DNA of 64,000 nt, from positions 42,966,001 to 43,030,000 of the forward strand of contig NC_043015.1 in NCBI RefSeq assembly GCF_006345805.1, in the 5' to 3' direction. The notes beneath the pieces were generated by a model that worked only from the letters and a program-made list of their open reading frames with translations, had not been told where the DNA came from and made no database searches. Below are positions 12,227-23,693 of this stretch, piece after piece. The stretch is from Octopus sinensis (lineage: Eukaryota). Position 1 is the stretch's first letter. Every line of letters starts with the position of its first letter. The position numbers were made by a program, and so were the translations under genes.

Positions 12227-12447
12227 GTGTTGTGTGTGTATGTTTGTGTTTTGTCCCCCTAGCATTGCTTGACAACCGATGCTGGTGTGTTTATGTTCCC
12301 GTCACTTAGCGGTTCGGCAAAAGAGACCGATAGTACTGGGCTTACAAAGAATAAGTCCCGGGGTCGAGTTGCTCGATTAAAGGCGGTGCTCCAGCATGGC
12401 TGCAGTCAAATGACTGAAACAAGTAAAAGAGTAAAAGAGTAAAGAGT
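11974..12447 (+). mobile_element. tRNA-derived SINE family A, full length, with internal (TA)n(TG)n
   Basis: Head GGCGCAGGAGTGGCTGTGTGGTAAG..GGTTCAGTCCC (A/B-box like), tail (GAGTAAAA)n. Confidence 0.9.
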
Positions 12448-12837
12448 ATTTGATAGCTTCAAGACTTCAACACCATCATCAGCATCATTTGACGTCTGCT
12501 TACTATGCTGGCATGGGTTAGATGGCTAGACAGGAACTGGTGAGCAGCACCAGGCTCTTCCATCTGTTTTGGCTTGGGTTCAACAGCTGAAAGCCTTTCC
12601 TAATGCCAACCACTCTAAGAGTGAACTGTGTGCCTTTTACAGGTCACTGACACAGGGGTGATTGTTTATTTTTAGAGCGGCAGTGTAAGGTAAGTGTGAG
12701 AAGCCAGATCTAGCCAGACTGAATATAAAACAGTTAAGAATTCTTGGGCTTAACAGGGCTGACCTAAATACTGAGGGGTTAAATATGACTTTCTTCAATA
12801 AATTTGGTTTCACCTGGGTTGCAGTTTAAAGTGTCGA

Positions 12838-13312
12838 AGTATGCTGTGCGTGAGAAGACCTGGCAGGGCAAGTGAGACCATAACCCATGGCCTCAGTCCA
12901 CTTATGCATACCTTTCCTTCTTGGGACACAAAACTCTACTTGTGAAGACCTGTTGAGGCAAGTGAAAATCAAAATCAAAATCGATCAACATCAATGGAAA
13001 TTGTAGCTGTGATACCAGTGCCATCCGAACGTGGCTGTTGCCAGCGCCGCCCCGACTGGCTTCTGTGCTGGTGGCACGTAAAAAGCACCATCCGATCGTG
13101 GCCATTGCCAGCCTCGCCTGGCACCTGTGCCGGTGGCACGTAAAAAGCACCCACTACACTCATGGAGTGGTTGGTGTTAGGAAGGGCATCCAGCTGTAGA
13201 AACATTGCCAGATCTGACTGGGCCTGGTGCAGCCTTCTGGCTTCCCAGACCCCAGTTGCACCGTCCAACCCACGCCAGCATGGAAAGCGGACGCTAAACG
13301 ATGATGATGATG
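12838..13312 (+). mobile_element. 5'-truncated RTE 3' end (family B) with 2 GGTGGCACGTAAAAAGCACC modules and (GAT)n tail
   Basis: Starts at ORF2-end YAVREKT-like sequence, ends CCAACCCA.GCCAGCATGGAAAG..(GAT)n. Confidence 0.8.
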
Positions 13313-13324
13313 ATGAAGTGTATA

Positions 13325-13530
13325 CGAATAATCCTTTCTACTATAAGCACAAGGGCTGAAATTTTGGAGGAGCAGGGGATAAGTCGATTACATCGACCCT
13401 GGTATATAACTGGTACTTAGTTTATCGACCCCGAAAGCATGAAAGGCAAAAGTCGACCTCGGCGGAATTTGAACTCAGAATGTAGCAACAGGTGAAATAC
13501 CGCTACGCCGATCATGCTAACCACTCTGAC
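13325..13530 (-). mobile_element. SINE family C-related copy
   Basis: Shares the GTCGACTTTGCCTTTCAT..GGGGTCGATAAA..AAGTACCAG central domain. Confidence 0.7.
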
Positions 13531-14049
13531 AGCTCGTTACCTTTGCGTAAATGAATAATTCCATGCATATTCCTTTGCAAGCAATAAAACCTATACAGCA
13601 GCTGCAATGAGCTGGAAACCTGTGTGCACACGCATGCGTGTATGCATGTATACGCATATGTGTGTGTGTGCGTGTTTATACCTTTATCCCAGTTCAGCCT
13701 AATTGGTTTGGACTTTATGGCTAAGCATTACTCCAAGACATCAAATATTTAAATTGATTTGCCGAGATAACAATTAATCGCTCAATATCTTTAATGTTTA
13801 TTTTTCCCTAGCCTCTCCTCCTCATTATTTCGTAACTTCACGATCATTATAGTCTTTTATGATCGTTTAAATTTAAAAAAACACAAAAAAAAGCTATTTT
13901 CATTAAACACTAAGGTAATTGGCCAAATTACTTAAAAGCTGGCCCAAGTGACACACACACACACAACATATTCTTAACTGTTTCCTTACCATATTCCTGT
14001 TGACACATGCTGTCTTTATTTAAATTAGTTTTGGCAGTAATGACATGTT

Positions 14050-14718
14050 AAAAAGCACCATCTGGCGTTAGGAAGGGCATCCAGCTGTAGAAACACTGCC
14101 AGATCAGACTGGGCCTGGTGCAGCCTTCTGGCTTCCCAGACCCCAGTTGAACCGTCCAACCCATGCCAGCATGGAAAGTGGACGTTAAACGATGATGATG
14201 ATGATGAATGTGGCCGATGCCAGTGCCCCCTGACTGGCTTCCGTGCCGGTGGGACATAAAAAGCACTATCTAAATGTAATTGATGTCAGGGCTGCCTGAC
14301 TGGCTCCCCGTGCTGGTGGCACGTAAAAAGCACCCACTACACTCTCGGAGTGGCTGGTTTTAGGAAGGGCTGCCAGAGCAGCCAACTGGCTTCCATGCCA
14401 GTGACATGTAAAAGGGCACCATTCGAGCGTGATCGTTACCAATGTCGCCTTACTGGCACCTGTGCTGGTGGCAAGTGTAAAAAGATTTGAGCGAGGCTGT
14501 TACCAGTACCGCCTGACTAGCCCCTTCCCCCATGCCGGTGGCACGTAAAAAGCACCCATTACACTCTTGGAGTGGTTGGCATTAGGAAGGGCATCCAGCT
14601 GTAGAAACTCTGCCAGATCAAGATTGGAGCCTGGTGCAGCCATCTGTTTCGCCAGCCCTCAGTCAAATCATCCAACCCATGCTAGCATGGAAAGCAGACG
14701 TTAAATGATGATGATGAT
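14050..14718 (+). mobile_element. Adjacent family-B RTE 3' UTR copies with about 5 hairpin modules
   Basis: Module repeats at about 14247, 14312, 14398, 14465, 14535; (GAT)n tails. Confidence 0.75.
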
Positions 14719-14822
14719 AATTAGAAGAATAATGCTGGAGGAACAAAGTTTGAAAAACATGGCATAAGTCCTTCATCAGATAAAAAAGGAAGACAAAGAG
14801 AAGGACAAGAAATATATAGATA

Positions 14823-15240
14823 GGCGCAGGAGTGGCTGTGTGGTAAGTAGCTTGCTAACCAACCACATGGTTCCGGGTTCAGTCCCACTGCGTGGCATCT
14901 TGGGCAAGTGTCTTCTGCTATAGCCCCGGGCCGACCAATGCCTTGTGAGTGGATTTGGTAGACGGAAACTGAAAGAAGCCCGTCGTATATATGTATATAT
15001 ATATATGTGTGTGTATGTGTTTGTGTGTCTGTGTTTGTCCCCCTAGCATTGCTTGAGAACCGATGCTGGTGTGTTTACGTCCCCGTCACTTAGCGGTTCG
15101 GCAAAAGAGACCAATAGAATAAGTACTGGGCTTACAAAGAATAAGTCCCGTGGTCGATTTGCCCGACTAAAAGGCAGTGCTCCAGCATGGCCGCAGTCAA
15201 ATGACTGAAACAAGTAAAAAAGTAAAAGAGAGTAAAGAGT
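14823..15240 (+). mobile_element. SINE family A full length
   Basis: Same head, body and tail as the 11974 copy. Confidence 0.9.
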
Positions 15241-15514
15241 ATATATTAATCCGGTTGATAGATATTAACAAAAAAAGAACCAAAATGGCTAGATGTACAG
15301 ATGTACAGATAAAGGGAAAAAGAGACAGATTAAACTAAACGGATACAGACAGACAGACAGAAAACTGGAGATGAAGACACACATGCAAAATGGTGCAAAT
15401 GGATATATTGAAAGTTGTCTGATTCACAGGAAGTAGTCTGCATTTTGGTTAACCAAAACCAAAAGAATAAACATCAATGTCTATTTGTCTGTGAGAAAAA
15501 ATATACAAATGAAT

Positions 15515-16024
15515 GAAATATATATATATATACATATATATATACACATATATATATACACATATATATATACACATATATATATATACACATATATATA
15601 TATACACATATATATATACATACATACACATACATATATATATACACACATATATACATACATATATATATATACATATATATATATATTATACATATAT
15701 ATATATACATACATACATATATATATATATATACATATACACACACACATATATATATACACATATACATATATATACACATTATATATATATATACACA
15801 TACACATATATATATACACACACACATATATATACACATACACAAACACAGACATATATATATATACACATACACATATATCATACACACATACACACAT
15901 ATATATACACATACACACACACACATATATATATATATACATATATATATATACACATACATATATACATACACATATATATACATACACACATATATAT
16001 ACATACAGACACACACACATATAT

Positions 16025-16055
<31 letters not shown>

Positions 16056-16175
16056 CATATATACACATACATATATACATACACATATATATATACATAC
16101 ACATATATATACATACATATATATATATACATACAGACACACATATATATATATACACACACATCCATACACACA
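15515..16175. repeat. (TA/CA)n compound array
   Basis: Direct inspection. Confidence 0.9.
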
Positions 16176-16669
16176 TTATTTCCTATTTTTTATTTTATTT
16201 TTAGACTCTTCTCCATATACCTTCTAACCAATCACCACCCACTCGTTTTCTTTTGTTATGAATTCCATGAATTAGACACACTTTCCACTCTAAACTTTAT
16301 GCGTATATATATGAGTGAGCAAGCGAGTGAGTGTGTGTGTGTGTGTGAGAGAATGTGCACACAGATTCTGCATCCAGTGCACAAAGCAAATTAATATGCA
16401 CACAAAAGAAATTAGTTGCCGAAAATAATGCAACGATTGATAATTACACTTACTGCAAACTATCTCTTAGCCGTTTCGATTAACGAGTTTGTCGCTTTTT
16501 GTTTTTTTTCCCCACCACTATCACCATTAGCACATTGCAAAATATCAGCCAGCGAACCCTTCCCTGGTTCAATCTGTGTGCAATATTAGTGTTGCGGCAG
16601 CCATGGTTTGGTGGACGACAGTATTCACATTGCAACATAAGCAAAAGAACTGCAAGTCTGTTTGAAGCA

Positions 16670-16905
16670 AAATCACCATCGTCATCATCGCCATCACCAC
16701 CACCACCACTACCTCCACCATTACCACCACCACCACCACCTCCTCCACCACCACCAGCAGCAGCACCACAACCACCACTACCAGCATCAGCAGCACCATC
16801 ACCACCACCACCACCATCACTACCAGCACCACCATCACTACCACTGGTACCACCACCACCAGCAGCAGCACCACCACCGGCAGCACCACTACCACCACCA
16901 CCAAT
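16670..16905. repeat. (CCA/CAG/CAT)n trinucleotide array
   Basis: Direct inspection. Confidence 0.9.
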
Positions 16906-18346
16906 CTATCATCCACTTTTCCGTGCTTGTTTGGGTTGGATAAGACTTGAAGCAGATTCTCTACAGCTGGATGCCCTTCTTGTCACCAACTCTCGCCTGT
17001 TTCCAAGCAAAGAGATATTTTGCCCCGTAACTTGGACATGTTGGTCTTGGAAGACTGGAAACAGAGGACCCTGCTCTTATGACAGTGACACTCCTTTACA
17101 ACAATCATGAGGTGTCAAAACAAAAAGACCAACTTACACACACACACACATACATAATCATTTAACGTCTATTGTTCATGCTGGCATGGGTTGGACGGTT
17201 TGACCAAGGCTGGCAATGTGCACCAGACTCCAGTCCAATTTGGCATGGTTTCTATGGTTGGATGTGCCCTTCATAACACCAACCACTCCGAGAGTGTCAT
17301 GGGTGCTTTTATGCTCCACCGGCACAGGTGCCATTTGTGAGACAGCAGTATCTGCCACGACAGATTTTACTTGGTTTGGTGAGTCTTCTTCTCAAGCATG
17401 ACATAATGCCAAAGGTCAGGGTCACTTGTCATTGCCTTTGTGAGGCCCAACACTCAAAAGGAGCTTTTCACGTGACCCCAGTATCAGCCACTTTGCTTTT
17501 CCTTTTGCCAAATCCACCCATAAAGCCTTGGTCAGTTTGGGGCTATATAGTAAAAGACACTTCCCCAAAAGATTATGCCGTGGAATTGAACCTAGAATCG
17601 AGTGGTTGGGAAGCAAGCTTCTTAACCACACAGCCATGCCTGAACAATAACTTAATAAGTGGACCATGTCACACTGAAAGCTTATAAGGATGTGAATACA
17701 TGATTCCGAGTTCAATTCCACGGCATGGCACTCGGGCCGACCAAATACTTGAGAGTGTATCTGGTAGATAGAAACTGAAAGAAGCACGCTGTCTGTATCT
17801 TTGTGGGTGTATCTTTGGCATGGTTTCTACCATTGGATGCCCTTCATAATGCCAACCACTCTGAGAGTGTCATGGGTGCTTTTATGCTCCGCCGGCATGT
17901 GTGCCATTTGTGTTTCACTTGATAACCAGTGTTGGTGTGTTTACATTCCGTAACTTAGCAGTATGGCAAAAGAGACCGACAAATTAAGCATCAGGCTTAA
18001 AAATGAAAATAAAAAAAAGTACAGGGGTCGCTTGTTTTAACTGAATTATGCAAGGCAGTGCCCTAGCATGGCCGCAGTCTACTAAATAAAAAAATAAAAG
18101 ATTAAGGTGTAAGAAATATTTAGGGTTAGTTCAGAAATTAGGGTGACGTCTGTATTGTAATGTAAATGGTACTTGAGAATTTACTAATTTAAAGAATAGA
18201 AATGGCATTCAAAGAATAGAAATGGTATTTGGAATTTTGTTGGTTTTTCTCTTTTGAAGCATGATTTGTCAGGTAAATTGCATTTTAGGTAAGGTACAAA
18301 AAGACCGAGGTAGTAAAAATCTAGCATTCCTTGTCACAAGAGTACC

Positions 18347-18554
18347 TATTTCTTTACTACCCACAAGGGGCTAAACACAGAGAGGACAGACAAACGGATT
18401 AAGTCGATTATATTGACCCCACTGCTGTACTTATTTAATCAACCCCGAAAGGATGAAAGGCAAAGGCGACCTCGACGGAATTTGAACTCGGAATGTAGCG
18501 GCAGATGAAATACTGCTGAGCATCTCGCCCGGCGTGCTAACCATTCTGCCAGCT
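18347..18554 (-). mobile_element. SINE family C copy
   Basis: Reverse complement of family C; 17-bp TSD CTTGTCACAAGAGTACC (18330-18346 / 18555-18571). Confidence 0.85.
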
Positions 18555-18699
18555 CTTGTCACAAGAGTACCATGCATGTTAGATAAGCATGCGGGGGAAG
18601 ATTATCAAACTCATAGAAAATAAACTGGTTCATGCTCTTAGCTGTTGAAATGCAAAAAAAAAAAACAACCCATAAAACCAAAACAAACAACAAAAACCC

Positions 18700-18910
18700 T
18701 TTACATTCATTTCAACACGTTAACGAACATACGGTGAAGTATGTCCAACTCCCAGACAATTGGCAAAGCAAAAATTACGCATCTGAATATCTGGAGACTA
18801 TCGTCTATATTTCGCATCAAGACATATTTGAAGAATTAGCATCAGTCAGCAGATTTTTCACCTGTTAACATTTGATGAAAGCAGAGACACATCTGTAAAA
18901 CAAACGTCTT
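18700..18910 (+). pseudogene. Decayed hAT-superfamily transposase fragment
   Basis: ...NYASEYLETIVYISHQDIFEELASVSRFF, then after a frameshift TFDESRDTSVKQ (18868-18903). Resembles the hAT motif SxFFSxxxDESTDxS that carries the first catalytic Asp. Confidence 0.5.
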
Positions 18911-19211
18911 ATTCTACACTTCAAGTTCAGATCTAAAGGTTGTAATGACTATAAAATGGTTTCTTTCTCTCTTTTACTATTTTTTTTCTTTTAGTTTTGA
19001 GTTGGAGGAAGCATGCAGCTGCAGGCATGCGATGCATTTTTCTATTGTTCTTAGCAATTAAGTGGTATTGTGGAAGGAGGAAACTTGTAATCTACTGAAA
19101 CGGTGAGGTTTACATCTGATGAAGCATCGGTAATGTCAGGCAGAGTAACCCTAACCCTAACCCTGATGTCACAACAAAGGTCATATGAGAAATCAAAAAC
19201 CCATCAACATA

Positions 19212-19441
19212 TTTCTTTATTACCCACAAGGGGCTAAACACAAAGGGGACAAACAAGGACAGACAAAGGGATTAAGTCGATTACATTGACCCCAGTGCAT
19301 AACAGATACTTAATTTATCGACCCCGAAAGTATGAAAGGTAAAGTCGACCTCAGAAGAATTTGAACTCAGAACGTAATACCAGACGAAATACGGCTACGC
19401 ATTTCGCCTGGCATGCTAACGATTCTGCCAGCTCGCCGCCT
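19212..19441 (-). mobile_element. SINE family C full-length copy
   Basis: Ends in ...CTGCCAGCTCGCCGCC; TSD ATCAACATA (19203-19211 / 19442-19450). Confidence 0.85.
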
Positions 19442-19720
19442 ATCAACATAACGAATGTTCTTACAGCCTAGATAGGATTTACAACAAATACCTGACACCC
19501 AGTCACCCTCTCTAAAACCTGGCCTAAAACAAAAAACAAAAAGACCAACTTACACGCACGCACACATACATCATCATTTAATGGCTATTGTCCATGCTGG
19601 CATGGGTTGGATGGTTTGACCAAGGCTGGCAAGCTGAAAGGCTGCACCAGATTCCAGTCTGATCTGGCATGGTTTTCTACGGTTGGATGCCCTTCGTAAC
19701 GCCAACCACTCCAAGAGCGT

Positions 19721-20178
19721 AATAAGTTAAGTTAAGTTAATTTTTTGGCTCAAAAAGCAAAAAGCAAGGCCATGTAGGGGGACATGGAGTTATGTACAGG
19801 GTGGTGTTCATGTAAAGAGTTCAGGCCACTTGTTATCAAGGGAGACTTTGAACCGAGCGGTCGTTGGATTCTTCACTATCTCGTCCGGCAGCTTATTCCA
19901 TGGTTCTGCAACCCGGACAGAGAAAGCTCCTCTCCTTCGATTGAGATGAAATCGTTGCAGATAGAGCTTTTCGGAGTGACCCCGCAGCCTACGCTCTGGA
20001 GCAGGAGTGAAGAACAGCTCTTTCGAGCGGTTACACTTTCCACTTATGATGTTGTGAGCAAGAATGAGATCACCACGGCGGCGTCATTTTTCTAGAGAAT
20101 AAAGATCGAGCGTCTTCAGCCTTTCTTCATAAGACAAATGCTTGAGATCAAAAACCATGCAGGTAGCCAGCTTCTGGA
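19721..20178 (-). mobile_element. 5'-truncated CR1 LINE 3' end
   Basis: Minus strand QKLATCMVFDLKHLSYEERLKTLDLYSLEK*RRRGDLI...RGHSEKLY...FSVRVAEPWNKLPDEIV...FKVSLDNKWPELFT*, the CR1 ORF2 C-terminus. One in-frame stop (20084-20086). (CTTAA)n tail. Interrupts a family-B element. Confidence 0.9.
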
Positions 20179-20780
20179 ATGGGTGCTTTTATGCTCCACC
20201 GGCATTTCCTCTGAAGTTGCTGGCTTTGTGCCAGAATTAGAAAACAATATTAACCTGCCTAAAACGACCACTGGTTTTATAGTACAAACTTCCTCTTTTA
20301 AAGAGGTCTAAATAAAAATAAAAAATAAAAAAAAAAGAGAAAAAATTCTTCCATATAAATTTCCTGCTATTTTATGTTCCAAACACCATCTTAATACTAA
20401 CAAAATTATTTTACTAAATTCTTCGTTATTTCGAAAAATTAATTGAAAAAAAAAAGCAGCATATTTCAACATGAATATGACTTCAAGAAACTTTATCAAA
20501 GGAAAACTTATTGAATTTTATTCAAAAACTTTAGGAAAAAAAATTTTGTTTTGTTTGAATAAAGTTTATTAAAATTCAATAAGAAATTTCTTTTTCGGTA
20601 AACTTCCTGGACATCTTTAAATCTAGAGGAACTTTAATAAGTAGATTTTATTGAAATTCCTGAAGATTTCTAAAAAGAAAGAAATGGAGTGGCTGTGTGG
20701 TAAGTAGCTTGCTTACCAGCCACATGATTCTGGGTTCAATACTTGTGTGCGTGTAAATATATATATATATATATTATATA

Positions 20781-21109
20781 TAGGCAGGAGCACTCCGTCG
20801 GTTACGACGACGAGGGTCCCAGCTGATACGATCAACAGAACAGCCAGCTCATGAAATTAACGTGCAAGTGATTGAGCAATCCACAGACACGTTTACCCCA
20901 AACTTGTTCTTAGGGAGATTCAGCGTGACACAGAGTGTGACAAGGCTGGCCCTTTGAAATACAGGTACAACTCATTTCTGCCAGCTGAGTGGACTAGAGC
21001 AACGTGAAATAAAGTGTGTTGCTCAAGGACACAACGCATCGCCGGGAATTGAACTCACGACCTTACAATTGTGAGTCGAAGGCCCGAACCAGTAAGCCAC
21101 ATGCCTTCA
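20781..21109 (-). mobile_element. tRNA/CORE-type SINE family E
   Basis: Head GAAGGCATGTGGCTTACTGG..GAGTTCAATTCC followed by CORE-like TGTGTCCTTGAGCAA.ACACTTTATTTCAC. Confidence 0.75.
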
Positions 21110-21225
21110 CAATATATATACTTGTTATCTCCCGTACTTCTTCGCTCTCTTGAGTGACCCTTCTGTCTGGCACCCAGTCGCAATGATAGATCGTTAGCCA
21201 TTACACTCATTTTTTTTCTGTGTCC

Positions 21226-21261
21226 CTTTTTGTAGAAGAGCGTAGGCTCGAAACATAAAAG
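21226..21261 (+). ncRNA. Degenerate minimal hammerhead motif in a Penelope-like end fragment (about 21120-21345)
   Basis: CUUU-UUGUAGA-A-GAGC-GUAG-GCUC-GAAA-CA-U-A-AAAG. Stems I and II are retained but the core is mutated at two positions. Confidence 0.35.
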
Positions 21262-21436
21262 ACTTTTTCTATTCCTGTGATTTATACTAATACATCTGTT
21301 TGTTTTGTACACCACCTGTCTTCGTCTTTTGTTTTTTTTGTAAACTCTCCCTATATATATATATATATATATATATATGCATGTATGTATAGGAACAAAA
21401 GCAATGGTAAGTTATGAAGTGCTTATTGGCTCCAGT

Positions 21437-21646
21437 CCATTGCAGGTGGGCTGCAAGATGCAGGAGGAAAGAGTGGAAGAAAGTTGTGGCGAAAGAGTCA
21501 GCAGAAGTTTCACCATTACCCTCTGTCGGATCCGCATGGACTTAGGTGTTTCGCTCATAAACACACACATCGCCCGGTCTGTGATTCAAACCCGCAATCG
21601 CTCAACCGCGAGTCCGCTGCTCTAACCACTAGGCTATGTGCCTCCA
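21437..21646 (-). mobile_element. SINE family D partial
   Basis: 5' part of family D, reverse. Confidence 0.75.
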
Positions 21647-22344
21647 CCGGTCAGAGATAGAAGAGACTATGTTTCATGAATTGCCCCCAGATAGAAGAAA
21701 TCAGCCAGAATATCTGTAACAGGCAGGGGGGGGGGGCATTACCAGATGGTCAGAACTCAAGTTCCTTTGCGGACAAAACTGCTGAACCAGTGGGTGGGTG
21801 GTTGAATGGGGGTAACTTGGGGGATCTGCTACACCACCCTCACTACTAACATGACAGCTACCGTCACTACCACCACCATTGACACCATTACCAATACTGG
21901 CACCTTACCAGTGCTACAACCAACACAACTACTACTGCCAACATCATCACCACCATCAGTACTACCAATACCACCATCCCCACCAACATCACCATGAACA
22001 CCAAGACAAACTAACCCCCTCCCCACCTCCGCCATCACTTCTAAACGCTAGCATCAGTTGATAAGGTGCGTTTACAGATTCAACCGATTCTACAGAATTC
22101 TGAAGTGAACGAACCCTGCTTCGGCATTCTGTGGAATCCCCCTGCCTCCAGCCACCCACCCCCTTACCCCAACTCCTACACTTTTGTCACTTTTTCTTCC
22201 CCCCTCTTGTCACCCTAACTCCCACACCCCACAGGAATTCCAAGGTAAATACTGCCCTCCCCTCACAAAACTTCCACTGGAAGCCCAAGAATGAAACACT
22301 TCACATTGTGATGACGACAATACGGTGTCTTAACTAGGACGTAG

Positions 22345-22985
22345 TAGTAGTAGTAGTAGTAGTGGTAGTGGAGGTGATGGTACAGGTAATAGTTTTGGTG
22401 GTGGTGGTGGTTATGGTGATAGTAGTGATGATAGCTGTTGTGGTGGTGGTGGTGGTGGCGATAGGAGTTGTGGTGGTGGTGGTGGTGATGTGATGGTAGT
22501 GATGATAGCTGCAGTGGTGGTAGTGGAAATGATGGTAGAAGTGATAGTTGTAGTGGTGGTGATGCTGGTTATGGAGGTGATGTGATGGTTCTGATGATAG
22601 CTGTTGTGGTGGTGGCAATAGTAGTGGTAGCAGTGGTGGTGGTGGTAGTAGTAAAGATTATGGAGGTGATGGTAGATGTGATTGTTGTAGTGGTGGTGTG
22701 GTGGTGGTGATGGAGGTGATGTGATGGTAGTGATGATAGCTGTTGTGGTGATGGTGGTGATAGTAGTGGTACCAGTGATGATGGTGGTGATGATGGTTGT
22801 GGTGGTGGTGATAGTAGAAATGGTGGTTGAAGTAGTGGTGGTGGTGATGATAGTAGTGGTAGGAGCAGTAAGTACTGATGATGGTAGTGGTGTTGGCGGT
22901 AGTAGTGATGGTGGTGATGACAGCAGCAGCAGCAATAGTAGTAGTAGTAGTAATGGTGGTGGTAGCTGTGGGTGGTGCTGCTGTT
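22345..22985. repeat. (GGT/AGT/GAT)n trinucleotide array with internal block duplications
   Basis: GATGTGATGGT..TGATGATAGCTG recurs. Confidence 0.9.
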
Positions 22986-23230
22986 GAAGTAGCGACACGA
23001 AATAGTGCAAAAAAAAATATAAATAAATGAAATAAAAAAAAACTAACAAAATAAATAAATGTCAGGTTAATAGCTTGAATGTAATTCTCATTCCAACAGA
23101 GAGAAAGATTTCAAAGAAATATCAAAGGGGGAAAAAAAAAAACAAGAAAATTAAAACCAAAAAAAAATTAAAATAAATAAAATAAAATAAAATAAAAAGC
23201 ATTTTTTTTGTTTGTTTTTTTTTTAGATTG

Positions 23231-23268
23231 GCTGCTGATGAAGGAGCTAAATACTCCCGAAATATGGC
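23231..23268 (+). ncRNA. Possible hammerhead relic
   Basis: CUGAUGA-AGGAG-CUAAAUA-CUCCC-GAAA-UA-UGGC. Exact core, stem II has an A.C mismatch at its base, stem I is wobble-rich. Confidence 0.3.
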
Positions 23269-23294
23269 ATATATGCCCGTTACCCATTTTCTAA

Positions 23295-23693
23295 GGTGCA
23301 TGCGTGGCTGTGTGGCAAGAAGCTTGCTTACCTACCACATGGTTCCAGGTTCAGTCCCACTGCATGGCACCTTGGGCAAGTGTCTTCTACTATAGCCTCG
23401 GGCCGACCAAAGACTTGTGAGTGGATTTGGTAGACGGAAACTGAAAGAAGCCTGTCATATATATGTATATATGTGTGTGTGTGTGTGTGCGTCTGTGTTT
23501 GTCCCCGCAACATCGCTTGACAACCGATGCTGGTGTGTTTATGTCCCTGCAACTTAGCAGTTCAGCAAATGAGACCAATAGAATAAGTACTAGGCTTACA
23601 AAGAATAAGTCCCGGGGTCGATTTGCTCGACTAAAGGCGGTGCTCCAGCATGGCCACAGTCAAATGACTGAAACGAGTAAAAGAGTAAAGAGT
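23295..23693 (+). mobile_element. SINE family A full length
   Basis: Same family sequence. Confidence 0.9.

Noticed and set aside
13540-13620. Minus-strand open segment ending AAG|GTAAC
   Set aside because: No recognisable homology and a weak acceptor.
19096-19130. GAAAC...GTT...CTGATGA in permuted hammerhead order
   Set aside because: No room for stem I and no stem II partner.
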